Numbered from the stretch's first letter, positions 28,327-37,944 are shown. The stretch is 64,000 nt of DNA from Candidatus Aenigmatarchaeota archaeon (GCA_038998335.1 JAVZHQ010000001.1:256001-320000); one strand, 5' to 3'. Made by a program: numbers and translations. Notes: a model not told the origin generated them from the sequence alone.

Positions 28327-29267
28327 TTTTTCACCCCCTTGACTTTAAGGCCATGCGCAAAAAACTCTCTTATCATAAGAAAAACAAAGACTATAGCTGC
28401 TATAAGAATTACTAGAAAAACTGGAAACAGTTGAGAGGAAATTTTCCAATTTCCTATGGTAATTTCAGGGAATTGGATATTGCCAATAGACCAAGTTGGA
28501 AATTGGATTTCGCCTTGAGGTTTTTGGGTTTGAGTTGTAATTTTTTTAACTTTTATGCTAAAAGGAAAGGTAAAGTTACACTCTCTACTAGTTACGTTTA
28601 AAACAAAAGAATAATACTTGTCCTCAGTTAAATTTGGTGTTACAAAATCAAACTTTATGTCAACATAACCAAAAGGGGGAAGGGAAACTAATTCTAAAGG
28701 TTTAGGATAAACTTTAAGCTCAGAAAAAATTGAGTAGTTTAAGCCAAATAAACTGTTACCTAAGTTTGTCATTCTTACAGAATAATTTATTGTTTGAGAA
28801 GAGTTAAACTCCTGAGCTTGTAGACTTAAGTTTACATTGCAAGAAAGGTTCTGTGAAGTTTCGTTCCTCACATTTGTTATATTTGTTGTGTTTTTAATAA
28901 CAATAAAATCTAGGAAAGGTTCAACAGTTACCGAAGTTCCGTTTATATCCTCAGCAGTGATGTTTGCTAACACATAGTAGCCTTCTTTTTCTTTTATTGA
29001 AGAAAACCATAAACCATTTCTGTTTGTCCCTATTTCAAGGCTAAGATTAATGATTTTATAGCCAACTAGCTTAAAATCTAGAGTATGAGTTAAAAGAGTT
29101 GCATAAACTTTTGTTACGTTAGTATCAGAAGTAACATTAGCTGAGAGAATTAAAGAAGTGTTTTCATAAACTATTCCTTTAGGAGTGAGCCTGTAGGAGT
29201 TTATAGAAATGGCTTGAGAAACTGGAATTAAAAGGAAAAAAATTAAGAGCAAGAGTGACTTCTTCAT
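28317..29267 (-). CDS. Secreted, C-terminally anchored surface glycoprotein
   Basis: Signal peptide, beta-rich body, 17 N-x-S/T sequons counted by eye, C-terminal TM with basic tail. Confidence 0.7.
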   Translation of the reverse strand: MKKSLLLLIFFLLIPVSQAISINSYRLTPKGIVYENTSLILSANVTSDTNVTKVYATLLTHTLDFKLVGYKIINLSLEIGTNRNGLWFSSIKEKEGYYVLANITAEDINGTSVTVEPFLDFIVIKNTTNITNVRNETSQNLSCNVNLSLQAQEFNSSQTINYSVRMTNLGNSLFGLNYSIFSELKVYPKPLELVSLPPFGYVDIKFDFVTPNLTEDKYYSFVLNVTSRECNFTFPFSIKVKKITTQTQKPQGEIQFPTWSIGNIQFPEITIGNWKISSQLFPVFLVILIAAIVFVFLMIREFFAHGLKVKGVKKSG

Positions 29268-29292
29268 AATTATTTTTTTGTTAAACTTGGAA

Positions 29293-30129
29293 TTATTTCT
29301 TTCCTTTTTTAGGTTTTGTCCAAAATCTTATCGCAACAATAATTATTGCCACGATTGCTAATATAATAGTTGCTAAAAGTTGTGGGCTGCTTGCTATTAA
29401 ACCAAATAAACCTGTTGGAATTGGTGCTATTATCTCCTCTTGATAAGGAGTAATTTTGCTGCTTTTTGCTTCTAGTTGATAGGTTTTTCCTTTAACCTTG
29501 AAGGATACCTTTGCTATTATTTCCCCTTCTTCTAATGAAGGATAAACCGAAAAGTAAGAGACTTTTGTTTCACCTGGTTTGATTTCTTGAGTTACTTGTG
29601 AGGGAGTATAATTCCATGTTTCTGGAACACTTAAGTTTAGAGATACACTTACAGTTTCTGATTCTTCATTTTTAATTCCAATTCCAAAACTAAACTTTTT
29701 ATCTGCTAATACAGACTCAGGCTCTATTAAATATTCAACACTTACTTTGGGAACCTCTTCCTTTTTAACTTCTAAGTCAACTGTTTTTATGTCATAAAAT
29801 CTTGGAGAAGCTAACCTTACGTATAGCTTGTAATTTCCTTCGAGATAACTTGGAATTGTTAAATTGACCTCAATATCTTTTGTTTCTTTTGGTTGAAGTT
29901 CAAACGATTCAGGAAAAATTGTAGCACCAGAGATTCCGCTTACTTCTACTGTTAAGTTTGCAAGAGTTGAATTGAGCAAGTTTGTTGCTTGAACTTTAAA
30001 GCTTACAGTAGAGCCTGCGTTTACGCTTAAATTTTGTGGGACTGAAAGCTTAAAAGGAAGAAAGAAGTATGCTCTAACTAAAGGTAAAGATAGTAAAATT
30101 GCAGCTGCGATTATTATAAACTTTTTCAT
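29293..30129 (-). CDS. Surface protein with Ig-like (NEW3/CARDB-like) domains and C-terminal TM
   Basis: Signal peptide; LQPKETKDI and LSVPETW...IKPGETK; TM followed by KPKKGKK. Confidence 0.7.
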   Translation of the reverse strand: MKKFIIIAAAILLSLPLVRAYFFLPFKLSVPQNLSVNAGSTVSFKVQATNLLNSTLANLTVEVSGISGATIFPESFELQPKETKDIEVNLTIPSYLEGNYKLYVRLASPRFYDIKTVDLEVKKEEVPKVSVEYLIEPESVLADKKFSFGIGIKNEESETVSVSLNLSVPETWNYTPSQVTQEIKPGETKVSYFSVYPSLEEGEIIAKVSFKVKGKTYQLEAKSSKITPYQEEIIAPIPTGLFGLIASSPQLLATIILAIVAIIIVAIRFWTKPKKGKK

Positions 30130-31040
30130 GCTGTTTCACCCTTTTTCATAGTTTCTTCCTTTTTCCTTATTTCTTTAGATTTATACATACCATAAATGTT
30201 CCAGGCTATGATGATTAAAAAGATTATGTTTAAAACTATAAGAACTGGTGAAATTTCCTGAATCGCAGCTAAATAGCTTGTTATTTCTTCCTCAGGAAAT
30301 TCTTCTTCAGGTTTAAATGAAATAGGGGTTAAAATTGGCCCAAGTTTTGTAAAATTGGCCAATTCTCCCTTATAAGGATATTCAAGTACTATTGAAACAC
30401 TTCCTGTTATGTTTGAGGGGGTAATGTTAAAGGTTAGAGTGGAAGCTTCGCCTGGTTTAAGTTTTAAAGATTTAATTCCATCTTCATAAACCCATTGTTC
30501 AGGGAGTTTTAAGTAAATTTTTATTTCTTCTTCAACACTCCCTTTATTCTCTATGGTAACGTTCAAAGGAAAGCTTTGGTTTTCTATTATAGTTTGCGGG
30601 ACTATTATTCTTGAAAGAGAAAATTCTGCTTTTGGCTTTGCTCTAATTTTTAAAGTTGCTACTCCTTCTGTCCTGTAGGCAGTGTAAGTTTCTTGAGCTA
30701 TAATATTTGCTACATAAACCTTTTCTTCTTCTATGTTGTCAGGGATTTTTATTTTAAGCTGGAATTCTCCTGGTTTAGTGAAAGGAATAACTTCAAAATA
30801 ATCTGGCTCGATCACGTAAGTAAGAGGCAAGTCTTCAACAAAGACAAAAACTTTTCTCATCCAAGTTCCTTTTGAAGAAATCTTTCCTGAGACTACTATT
30901 TCTTCTCCTGCAAAACCTTCAACCTCTTTCGGTAGGGTTACTGTTAATTTTCTTCTTGTTACTGGTACAGAGTTTGCTAGTTCGATTAGAAGCGAACTTA
31001 CTACTAGACAAACAATTAAAGCTAAAGTCAACTTTTTCAT
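30126..31040 (-). CDS. Surface protein with Ig-like (NEW3/CARDB-like) domains and C-terminal TM
   Basis: Signal peptide; VTIENKG...LKLPEQW...LKPGEAS; TM followed by charged tail. Confidence 0.7.
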   Translation of the reverse strand: MKKLTLALIVCLVVSSLLIELANSVPVTRRKLTVTLPKEVEGFAGEEIVVSGKISSKGTWMRKVFVFVEDLPLTYVIEPDYFEVIPFTKPGEFQLKIKIPDNIEEEKVYVANIIAQETYTAYRTEGVATLKIRAKPKAEFSLSRIIVPQTIIENQSFPLNVTIENKGSVEEEIKIYLKLPEQWVYEDGIKSLKLKPGEASTLTFNITPSNITGSVSIVLEYPYKGELANFTKLGPILTPISFKPEEEFPEEEITSYLAAIQEISPVLIVLNIIFLIIIAWNIYGMYKSKEIRKKEETMKKGETA

Positions 31041-31053
31041 TATTACTTAATAG

Positions 31054-31077
31054 TATGCAAAGCTTTTTATTTGCATA
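31054..31077. promoter_or_regulatory. Inverted repeat TATGCAAA-N8-TTTGCATA, candidate operator
   Basis: Perfect 8-bp arms 14 nt upstream of the 31040 start, in a divergent intergenic region. Confidence 0.4.
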
Positions 31078-31309
31078 GGAAAAAACCTTTTTAACTTTTC
31101 TATTTTTTTGGCAAAAAACTTATAAACTTAATCTTTATTTATCACTAGTCGATAAAAAATTTTATATTTTAATCTCGGGTTTTCGACAAAAGTTTGGAAG
31201 ATTCGTTCTACTTTTTTTAGTTAATCTGTTTAGATTAAGTAATAGTTAATTAATATAAAGCAAAAAAGTTAATTTATAATTAAAGAAAATTTGCATAATA
31301 AGGGAGAAA

Positions 31310-31606
31310 ATGCCAAAAAAAGTTTTTGAATATCCTGACGAAGAAAGACTCGAGATATTAATTTTGGCAAACTCACCTTGTACACCAACAGAAATTCTTG
31401 AGCTTGAGAAAATTCCCATAAGGCCTGATACTCTAGAAACCATAAAGAAAAGGATGGACTGGCTTTGTAATCAGGGGAAAGTAAAGAAAAAGAAAATTGC
31501 CCAAGGAAATATATACTGGCATTCTAAGATAGAAGAGTTTAAGAAAAGAATTGTGCTTAAACTGACCAAAAAAATAATCTCTGTTCCTGGAAATCATATC
31601 GAGTAG
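31310..31606 (+). CDS. Small winged-helix-like protein
   Basis: PCTPTEI...ETIKKRMDWLCNQGKVKKKKI...YW. Confidence 0.55.
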   Translation: MPKKVFEYPDEERLEILILANSPCTPTEILELEKIPIRPDTLETIKKRMDWLCNQGKVKKKKIAQGNIYWHSKIEEFKKRIVLKLTKKIISVPGNHIE

Positions 31607-31948
31607 TTACTTTTTCTTTTCTTTCTTGGATTTTTCTTCTTTAGGTTTTTCTTTTTCCTTTGCTGCTTTTATTTCTGCCTCGCTTGGGAACTTAAGCTCA
31701 AGTTTACTTGCTATTTCTGAGTTTTTAAAGGCTTGGATAACTTCTTCGTCGCTAGCATCTTCTTTTATTTCAAGTTTATAAGGCAAAGGTTCTAAGTGTG
31801 TTATGTTGCACTTTCTTCTTTTCACTCCTGTAAGTATTTTTGGGCCTGTAACTAGAACAAAGCTTTTATCTATTTTTTTAACAACTACACAATACTTCCC
31901 TGCTTCTCTTCCGCTAATTTTCAAGCACACTCTTCCTATATCAAGCAT
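31607..31948 (-). CDS. rpl14e: 50S ribosomal protein eL14
   Basis: GRVCLKISGREAGKYCVV, GVKRRKCNITHLEP. Confidence 0.95.
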   Translation of the reverse strand: MLDIGRVCLKISGREAGKYCVVVKKIDKSFVLVTGPKILTGVKRRKCNITHLEPLPYKLEIKEDASDEEVIQAFKNSEIASKLELKFPSEAEIKAAKEKEKPKEEKSKKEKKK

Positions 31949-32198
31949 TCTCCCACTCCTTTCTTGCTTTTTCCTTTAGAAATTCTTTTAAGCAGTTACT
32001 ACATAAATAACCCCCATAAATTCTTTCAGGCCTTTTTTCTGTTGTAGCTAGTTTCTTAATTTCAGAAGGTAAAAGTTTTTTTATTCCATGTAAAGGTTTT
32101 TTACATATAGCGCACTTTGCTATTTTTGGCTTTTTCTTTTTTAAATGAATAACAAGCCTTTTTGTCGTTCTTACCTTTACTTCTTTGATACTACTCAC
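31941..32198 (-). CDS. rpl34e: 50S ribosomal protein eL34
   Basis: CAICKKPLHG, KRPERIYGGYLCSNC. Confidence 0.93.
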   Translation of the reverse strand: MSSIKEVKVRTTKRLVIHLKKKKPKIAKCAICKKPLHGIKKLLPSEIKKLATTEKRPERIYGGYLCSNCLKEFLKEKARKEWENA

Positions 32199-32625
32199 CT
32201 TCCAAAAGTCTTTTTATTGCCCAACCCACTGAAAAAGAAACCAGTATATACCAAATGCTCCAGTTAAGTTTTGAACCTATAAAAGGAATTTCAAAGGGAA
32301 TAGAAACTGACATGCCACTAAAAGCGTTGCTTATGAAAGGTAAAACTGCAATTATTACTACCATAGAAACTACTAAAATTTTCAAGTTTTGACGCATGTA
32401 TTCTGAGTTAATTTTTAAAAGTTCGTTTAAGTACTTGTTTATCTCTTCATTATTCCCAGAGGCTTGTGCTTTTGCTAGATTTTCCCTTATTTCTATCATT
32501 CTTGTTTTTATTTCCTTTAAAACATCTTTTTTTACCAAAAGGCGGTTAAGGAAGAAAAGAAAGAGAGTTATGGCTGAAGAGATTATTAGCAAAAGGATAT
32601 GAGGCCTAAAAAATATTTCAAGCAT
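32191..32625 (-). CDS. DUF106 / EMC3-TMCO1 (Oxa1 superfamily) membrane protein
   Basis: TM, coiled coil, TM, WSIWYILVS; canonical position after secY. Confidence 0.85.
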   Translation of the reverse strand: MLEIFFRPHILLLIISSAITLFLFFLNRLLVKKDVLKEIKTRMIEIRENLAKAQASGNNEEINKYLNELLKINSEYMRQNLKILVVSMVVIIAVLPFISNAFSGMSVSIPFEIPFIGSKLNWSIWYILVSFSVGWAIKRLLEGE

Positions 32626-32626
32626 T

Positions 32627-34093
32627 TTATTCACCTAAGATTTTTCTTATTATCGGATGCATCTCTTCACTTTTCTGCATACTTAATTCCTCATAATAGT
32701 TATAGATGATCATAACAGTTAATAATATTCCGGTTCCTGTGCCTATTGCTCCTAGGAAATCTGCAAAGGCAGCTAAAAGACCAACTGTTATTCCACCTAG
32801 TACAGCTAAGTAGGGGATATAACGCCTTAAGACATTTTCCATAATCTTTTTATCACTTCTGTAGCCTGGGATGTGTAAGCCTATAGCATCTATTTGTTCA
32901 GCAACACTTGCAGGGTCCATTCCTGAAGTGTTTATCCAAAAATAAGAGAAAATTGCGCAGCCTATAACCATGAACGAAAGATAAGTTATTGCTCTTAGTA
33001 TTTCTAAAGGATTAAAAGGCGTAGACGAAAGGTTTGGAAAAGCTAAGCTTAACAACTCAAGGAAAAAGTTTCTAGGCGAAGAAAGGAAATAAACCACTCC
33101 ACTAATAGGGTTTCCTGGAGTAACGCTACCATCGCTTTGAACTACTTTTTCAAAACAGCCTAAAAAGCTACAAAAAGCGTTTTCTGTTTCTTGCAAGCCC
33201 ATTCTACTGAAAAGTTGAATGTTAGCGAGTAAAGCAGCAACTAAAATTACAGGTATGTTGCTCGTGTATAAAAGCTTTAAGCTCCAGGTTCTTCCAAAAC
33301 CTCTTAGCGCTGCGAAGGACAAAGGAATAGGAATATGGATTCCCTGGATGTAAACTACTAAAAGGAAGATTATAACTGTTGAAATTATAGGAATAGCATA
33401 GGATAAGGCCAGCCAGTTGTTTCCTGATAGGATGTTAGACAAAAAGCCCCAGAACCTGCCTACAAACTCACCTGTCGGTGTTGTGGTTCTACAAAGCCAA
33501 ATCATGCTTGAAGGACCACAAGGACTTAAAACGTTTATTATAATTTGAGTAGCGACTCCTGCAGCTATAAAAAGGCTTACTCCTGAGCCAAAACCCCATT
33601 TGCTTACTAGCTCGTCTAAAAGAATAACTATTATTCCGCCTGCTGCAAGCTGAAGAATTACAAATATATAAATGGCTGTTCCTCCAATTATTGGAATGTT
33701 TCCTGCTATTACAAAAGCAATAGCTTCTAAAAAGCAGAATAATACTGCTAAAAACTTACTCCATGCTTGGAACTTTTCTCTTCCTTCTGGTTTTGTCATG
33801 TCCCAATTTATAATTTTTGAACCAACAAGAAGTTGTAAAATTATTCCTGATGTTACTATAGGACCTATTCCTAAAGTTAGTAAACTACCAAACTTTGCTC
33901 CTAAAAGGGTTTGAATTTGAACTAGAGCTTCAAACTGAGGGGTAGAAGCTATTCCATAAACTGCTATGTGGGAAAGAGTTAAATAGAGAATTAAAGCTAT
34001 AAGGGTCCACATTATCCTTTTGTTAAAGCTTTGTTTGTAAGTTGGTTTTTGAACTGAGGGCAAAAATCTTGTTATTTTCTCTATTTCTACCAT
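32627..34093 (-). CDS. secY: Preprotein translocase SecY
   Basis: GSLLTLGIGPIVTSGIILQLL, GFGSGVSLFIAA, YTSNIPVIL, GTGILLTV. Confidence 0.97.
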   Translation of the reverse strand: MVEIEKITRFLPSVQKPTYKQSFNKRIMWTLIALILYLTLSHIAVYGIASTPQFEALVQIQTLLGAKFGSLLTLGIGPIVTSGIILQLLVGSKIINWDMTKPEGREKFQAWSKFLAVLFCFLEAIAFVIAGNIPIIGGTAIYIFVILQLAAGGIIVILLDELVSKWGFGSGVSLFIAAGVATQIIINVLSPCGPSSMIWLCRTTTPTGEFVGRFWGFLSNILSGNNWLALSYAIPIISTVIIFLLVVYIQGIHIPIPLSFAALRGFGRTWSLKLLYTSNIPVILVAALLANIQLFSRMGLQETENAFCSFLGCFEKVVQSDGSVTPGNPISGVVYFLSSPRNFFLELLSLAFPNLSSTPFNPLEILRAITYLSFMVIGCAIFSYFWINTSGMDPASVAEQIDAIGLHIPGYRSDKKIMENVLRRYIPYLAVLGGITVGLLAAFADFLGAIGTGTGILLTVMIIYNYYEELSMQKSEEMHPIIRKILGE

Positions 34094-34144
34094 TATCTTT
34101 AAAATTGAATTTAGAATTTAAATAATTTAGAAAACAAATTTCTA

Positions 34145-34585
34145 TTATTGAATAACTACAGCTTTTCCCCCAGCCTCTTCTATTTTCCTCATAGCCTTTT
34201 TAGAAAAAGTTTTAGCCTCGATTATTAAAGGCTTTGTTATTTTTCCTCTACCCAAAACTTTTTCATAACCAAACTTCAAAACATTTATTTTTATTTTTTC
34301 TCCTTCTTTTTCTGCAAGCTTCTGCTCCAAAAGATTTTCTACCATTTTGTCCAACTCTTCAAGGTTTATTGCTTTAATCTCTTTGGTTTCAAAAGGTCTT
34401 TTAAAACCCCTTTTTCCAAAATGTTCTTTCGCGTACTTCACAGTATAAGTCCACTTATGTTTATGCATCCCAGCGAATCCTCTTCCTCCTCTACTTCCTT
34501 TCCCTCTATGTTTTTTATGGCTTCCGTAACCATAAGTGCGATGACCTCTATATTTTCTAACCTTTCTCTCTTTTCTTACAACCAT
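34145..34585 (-). CDS. rpl15: 50S ribosomal protein uL15
   Basis: RGHRTYGYG...GSRGGRG, KVLGRG. Confidence 0.95.
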   Translation of the reverse strand: MVVRKERKVRKYRGHRTYGYGSHKKHRGKGSRGGRGFAGMHKHKWTYTVKYAKEHFGKRGFKRPFETKEIKAINLEELDKMVENLLEQKLAEKEGEKIKINVLKFGYEKVLGRGKITKPLIIEAKTFSKKAMRKIEEAGGKAVVIQ

Positions 34586-35037
34586 TAAATCATCCTCTTT
34601 AGTAATTCGTTTATTTCTTTTCCTCTGTACCCTAAATCTCCTTTTGGAAAATGCTCTTTCACAGATTTAAACCCTTTTGAGGGTGGAGTTAACCTAAAAA
34701 CAGGCTTTAGCTTTTCAAAATCTTTTAGTTTAATTTTCCCTTCAAGCAAGGCAGAAGCAAAATCTTCAAAATTATCAAAGTTTGTTATTTCTTTTAAAAC
34801 TTTCTCGTCGACTCTTTTATCGCCTAAAGTTCTTAATCTTTTTTTTAAAAGTTCTACCAGAGTCTCTCTATCTATTTCCCCCCAGGTGACAAAATCCTTG
34901 ACTTTTTGTATCATACCTTTAAAACTATCATTTTCAGGCAAGATCACACAATTATTTACTCGCTTAAGCCTGAGCATCTGTAAAGTGTCTTCTATTTCTT
35001 TTCTTGCTTTACCCCTTATTCTCACAACTGCCAACAT
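34585..35037 (-). CDS. rpl30: 50S ribosomal protein uL30
   Basis: AVVRIRG, KDFVTWGE, FRLTPP, GYRG. Confidence 0.95.
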   Translation of the reverse strand: MLAVVRIRGKARKEIEDTLQMLRLKRVNNCVILPENDSFKGMIQKVKDFVTWGEIDRETLVELLKKRLRTLGDKRVDEKVLKEITNFDNFEDFASALLEGKIKLKDFEKLKPVFRLTPPSKGFKSVKEHFPKGDLGYRGKEINELLKRMI

Positions 35038-35739
35038 TTAATCGCCTCTTTCGTAAACATAGAGTTTTTTCAAAGCATCAAAAATAGCACCTATCAAGTT
35101 CATTCGAGTTGAAGTATTGCCAAAAGTATTTACCCAAACATCTTTTATTCCTGCTAATCTTAAAATCTTTTTTGCTTCATCGCTTGCAACCAAACCAACG
35201 CCTTTAGGCGCAGGTAACAAAACTGCTCTAACTGAGCCGCATTTTCCTTCGATTTTGAAAGGAATTGAATGTAGCTCTTCACAACTACACTCAAAGCTAC
35301 CACAACCTCTTTTAATTTTTATCAAGTTTAGCTTTGCTTTTTGTATAGCTTTAGCAATAGCATCTCTTGCTTCTGGGGCAGCTCCTTTTCCTACACCAAC
35401 GATTCCATCCTCATTACCTACAACAACGAAAGCAGTCATCTTAAACCTTCTTCCTGACTTATGCATAGTCGCGGTAATCTTTACAGGAATTCTCTGTATT
35501 CCTCCACCTTTTCCTGTTCTTCCTCCTATAAGTATAAGTTCACTCTTTAAGTTTGGTAAAAGCTTATCAACAATTTCTGGTTCGGTAATTCTTCTTCCTG
35601 ACTTAAAAATTTCCTCTATATCAGTAATCTTTCCTTCGAAAACCTCTTTTCCTAAAGAAGTCTTCGGCTGCCATTTCTCTAAAGGTGAAACTACTTCAAC
35701 CTTTGATAATTCTTCCTCTATTTTTTCCTCTTCTACCAT
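35038..35739 (-). CDS. rps5: 30S ribosomal protein uS5
   Basis: WQPKTSLGK, RGCGSFEC, PAPKGVGL. Confidence 0.95.
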   Translation of the reverse strand: MVEEEKIEEELSKVEVVSPLEKWQPKTSLGKEVFEGKITDIEEIFKSGRRITEPEIVDKLLPNLKSELILIGGRTGKGGGIQRIPVKITATMHKSGRRFKMTAFVVVGNEDGIVGVGKGAAPEARDAIAKAIQKAKLNLIKIKRGCGSFECSCEELHSIPFKIEGKCGSVRAVLLPAPKGVGLVASDEAKKILRLAGIKDVWVNTFGNTSTRMNLIGAIFDALKKLYVYERGD

Positions 35740-35740
35740 A

Positions 35741-36262
35741 CTACTCTCCTAAAATTTTTTTCCTAACTTTTTCAAAATTTTCAGGCATATCCTTAAACTT
35801 ATCTAAGTAAGAAGCTATATGCATACCTTTAATCCTTTCTTCAGTAGGTAAAACTCTTTCATTAACTTTCACTTTTAGTCCAACATCTAAAGCTCCCTTC
35901 ACACAGGCATAAATTCTTGAGCCTTTTGTCGAGGGGCTTAAACCGATGTCTAAAACTGCTTCTTTTATGCCCTTTTCTAAGGCTCTTTTTCCTAGTAACA
36001 AACCTGTTAAATAAGAAGCTGGTAAGTTATCATAAGCATAATTCCATCCAAATTTTTTAAGCTCTTTAGAAAATGCAGAAGCAATTGTTTTATCCCCTTT
36101 TTTATCGAATTCGATTAGTTGTGCTCTTATATACTTTAAACTTTTTCTTATTACTAAGCGTGGCTTTCCTGAGAGCAAAAGCTTAAGCCTTCTTTTATAA
36201 TCTGTCTTTCCTTCTTTTCTTCTTCTAAAAGGCATTTTATAAGTAGGTTTAAGCTTTTTCAT
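35741..36262 (-). CDS. rpl18: 50S ribosomal protein uL18
   Basis: FRRRKEGKTDYKRRL, NLPASYLTG. Confidence 0.95.
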   Translation of the reverse strand: MKKLKPTYKMPFRRRKEGKTDYKRRLKLLLSGKPRLVIRKSLKYIRAQLIEFDKKGDKTIASAFSKELKKFGWNYAYDNLPASYLTGLLLGKRALEKGIKEAVLDIGLSPSTKGSRIYACVKGALDVGLKVKVNERVLPTEERIKGMHIASYLDKFKDMPENFEKVRKKILGE

Positions 36263-36686
36263 TTTCTCCCTCTTTTTTCTTTAGTAAACCATGCTGTTCC
36301 ATGTAAATTCTTAAGTGCGCTTTACTTCTAAACATTCCTCCTTTTACAAGCTTGTAAAGGGTTTTGAAAGTAGTGTTATCTATTTCTCTCTTCATTTTCA
36401 TTTCTTTCAACATTTTTCTCAAAGCCCTTACTGTGCCTATCCATCTTTCTTTTCTTGAAACTACTGCATATCTTGAGCCTTTTCTTACTTTTCCTCTTTT
36501 TTTCTTTTCCTTAGGCTTTTTTATTTTTTCAGGCAAAACTTTTATTGCTCCTTTCTTTATAAGCTTTCTTATATCAGCTTTTGTTATCGCTTCATCTATT
36601 TCCTTTTTTCTTGCAGGGTCGAGCCATATTCTACTTTCACCAATTCCCAATATCTTTGCTGCAAGCTTTTTTTGCAAGCTACTCAT
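36249..36686 (-). CDS. rpl19e: 50S ribosomal protein eL19
   Basis: QKKLAAKILGIGESRIWLDP, KGGMFRS. Confidence 0.95.
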   Translation of the reverse strand: MSSLQKKLAAKILGIGESRIWLDPARKKEIDEAITKADIRKLIKKGAIKVLPEKIKKPKEKKKRGKVRKGSRYAVVSRKERWIGTVRALRKMLKEMKMKREIDNTTFKTLYKLVKGGMFRSKAHLRIYMEQHGLLKKKEGENEKA

Positions 36687-37027
36687 GGATTAAGCACCTT
36701 TATTTTTAATTCTTCTGCTTTTTTCAAAATTTCTTGTCTTTTCTTTTTTCCTACAGTATGCGCAATTTTAACAGCTTCTTTTTCAGGATTAATCTTTTCA
36801 AGTTCCTTAGCATTATGAATCAAAACCTCTTTGTAGCCAGAAGGGTGCAAAAACCTTAAGTTCTTAGGTGCTCCAAAGCCAGGAGATGGCATCTTTCCTT
36901 TTGATTTTTCTTTTCTTCTTAGCTTGCTATGCATTCCCCTTGGCCTTCTCCATTTTTCTCCTAGCCTTTTGTAAGCTTTTGCTCCCTGTCTCAAAAACTT
37001 TGGCTTTTTTCTTGGGTTAACCATCAT
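36683..37027 (-). CDS. rpl32e: 50S ribosomal protein eL32
   Basis: KPKFLRQ, WRRPRGMHSKLR, LHPSG. Confidence 0.95.
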   Translation of the reverse strand: MMVNPRKKPKFLRQGAKAYKRLGEKWRRPRGMHSKLRRKEKSKGKMPSPGFGAPKNLRFLHPSGYKEVLIHNAKELEKINPEKEAVKIAHTVGKKKRQEILKKAEELKIKVLNP

Positions 37028-37548
37028 TCTCGCCCCACAATCCATATTCCATCTTGAAAAATTCTTCTATCACGAGCTTTAATCCTACAAGCTTGCTCTA
37101 TGTTTGCTGCTGTTTGTGAAACGTCTTCCAAATCTATTCCAGAAACGTAAATCTCTGGGGGAACTACTTCAACCTTAACGTTACCTTTAATCTTAGCAAC
37201 TCTTGGTACTCTTTCTCCTAAGAAATTTTGAATCAAAACTTTATCTCCCTCAACTTTTACTGTGACTGGGAAATGGGAATAAACAATCTTAAGCTTATAC
37301 TTAAACCCTTTTTGTACACCTTCAACCATATTCCTTAAATGCGCAATTAAAGTTCCTACCATAGCTTTTAATTTTCTTTTTTCTTCTTCACAAGAAACCT
37401 TTATTGTGTTATCAATTTTCTCTACTTTTATTTCCTTAGGAATTTTGAATGTTTTTTCCAGATTACCCAAAGGCCCAGAAACTTTAAACTTATTTCCTTC
37501 TACTTCAACTTTAACTTCGTCTGGAATTTTAAACTCAAGAAAGTACAT
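37024..37548 (-). CDS. rpl6: 50S ribosomal protein uL6
   Basis: YSHFP, NFLGE, DRRIFQDGIWI. Confidence 0.95.
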   Translation of the reverse strand: MYFLEFKIPDEVKVEVEGNKFKVSGPLGNLEKTFKIPKEIKVEKIDNTIKVSCEEEKRKLKAMVGTLIAHLRNMVEGVQKGFKYKLKIVYSHFPVTVKVEGDKVLIQNFLGERVPRVAKIKGNVKVEVVPPEIYVSGIDLEDVSQTAANIEQACRIKARDRRIFQDGIWIVGRE

Positions 37549-37557
37549 TTTCCTCAC

Positions 37558-37944
37558 CTAGTAAAAATATGCCAGCAATTTTCCTCCTATACGCAACTCT
37601 CTAGCCTTTTTATGATCCATTATTCCTTTAGGTGTTGTTAACACCAAAAAACCAAATTCCCTTGCGGGCAAAAATCTTTTTTCCCATTTTTGTAACTCGT
37701 CAACTTTAACAGAATAGTTTGGTTTGATTACATTACAATCAATTATTTTTCCTTTAAGTTCAACTCTAAACTTTCCGGATTTCCCATCATCTATAAACTC
37801 AAAAGCTCCTATGTAGCCTTTTTCTTGCATAAGTTTTAAAACGTTTCTTACAACCTTAGAGGCAGGAGTAATACATTCCTTTTTTCCTATTTTTTCCGCG
37901 TTTTTTATCGCTGATAAAACATCAGCAAGCGTATCGTGACGCAT
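37558..37944 (-). CDS. rps8: 30S ribosomal protein uS8
   Basis: DTLADVLSAIKNAE, FLPA...TTPKGIM. Confidence 0.95.
   Translation of the reverse strand: MRHDTLADVLSAIKNAEKIGKKECITPASKVVRNVLKLMQEKGYIGAFEFIDDGKSGKFRVELKGKIIDCNVIKPNYSVKVDELQKWEKRFLPAREFGFLVLTTPKGIMDHKKARELRIGGKLLAYFY

Noticed and set aside
31078-31309. AT-rich spacer with a weak GTCGA...TCGAC inverted repeat as origin or ncRNA
   Set aside because: The arms are short and the region is adequately explained as divergent promoters.
35117-35752. Long antisense ORFs (this one; also 1521..1862, 13957..14379, 19934..20272, 51630..51941, 61577..61984)
   Set aside because: They are shadows of well-supported genes on the opposite strand, with Ser/Phe/Leu-rich composition.
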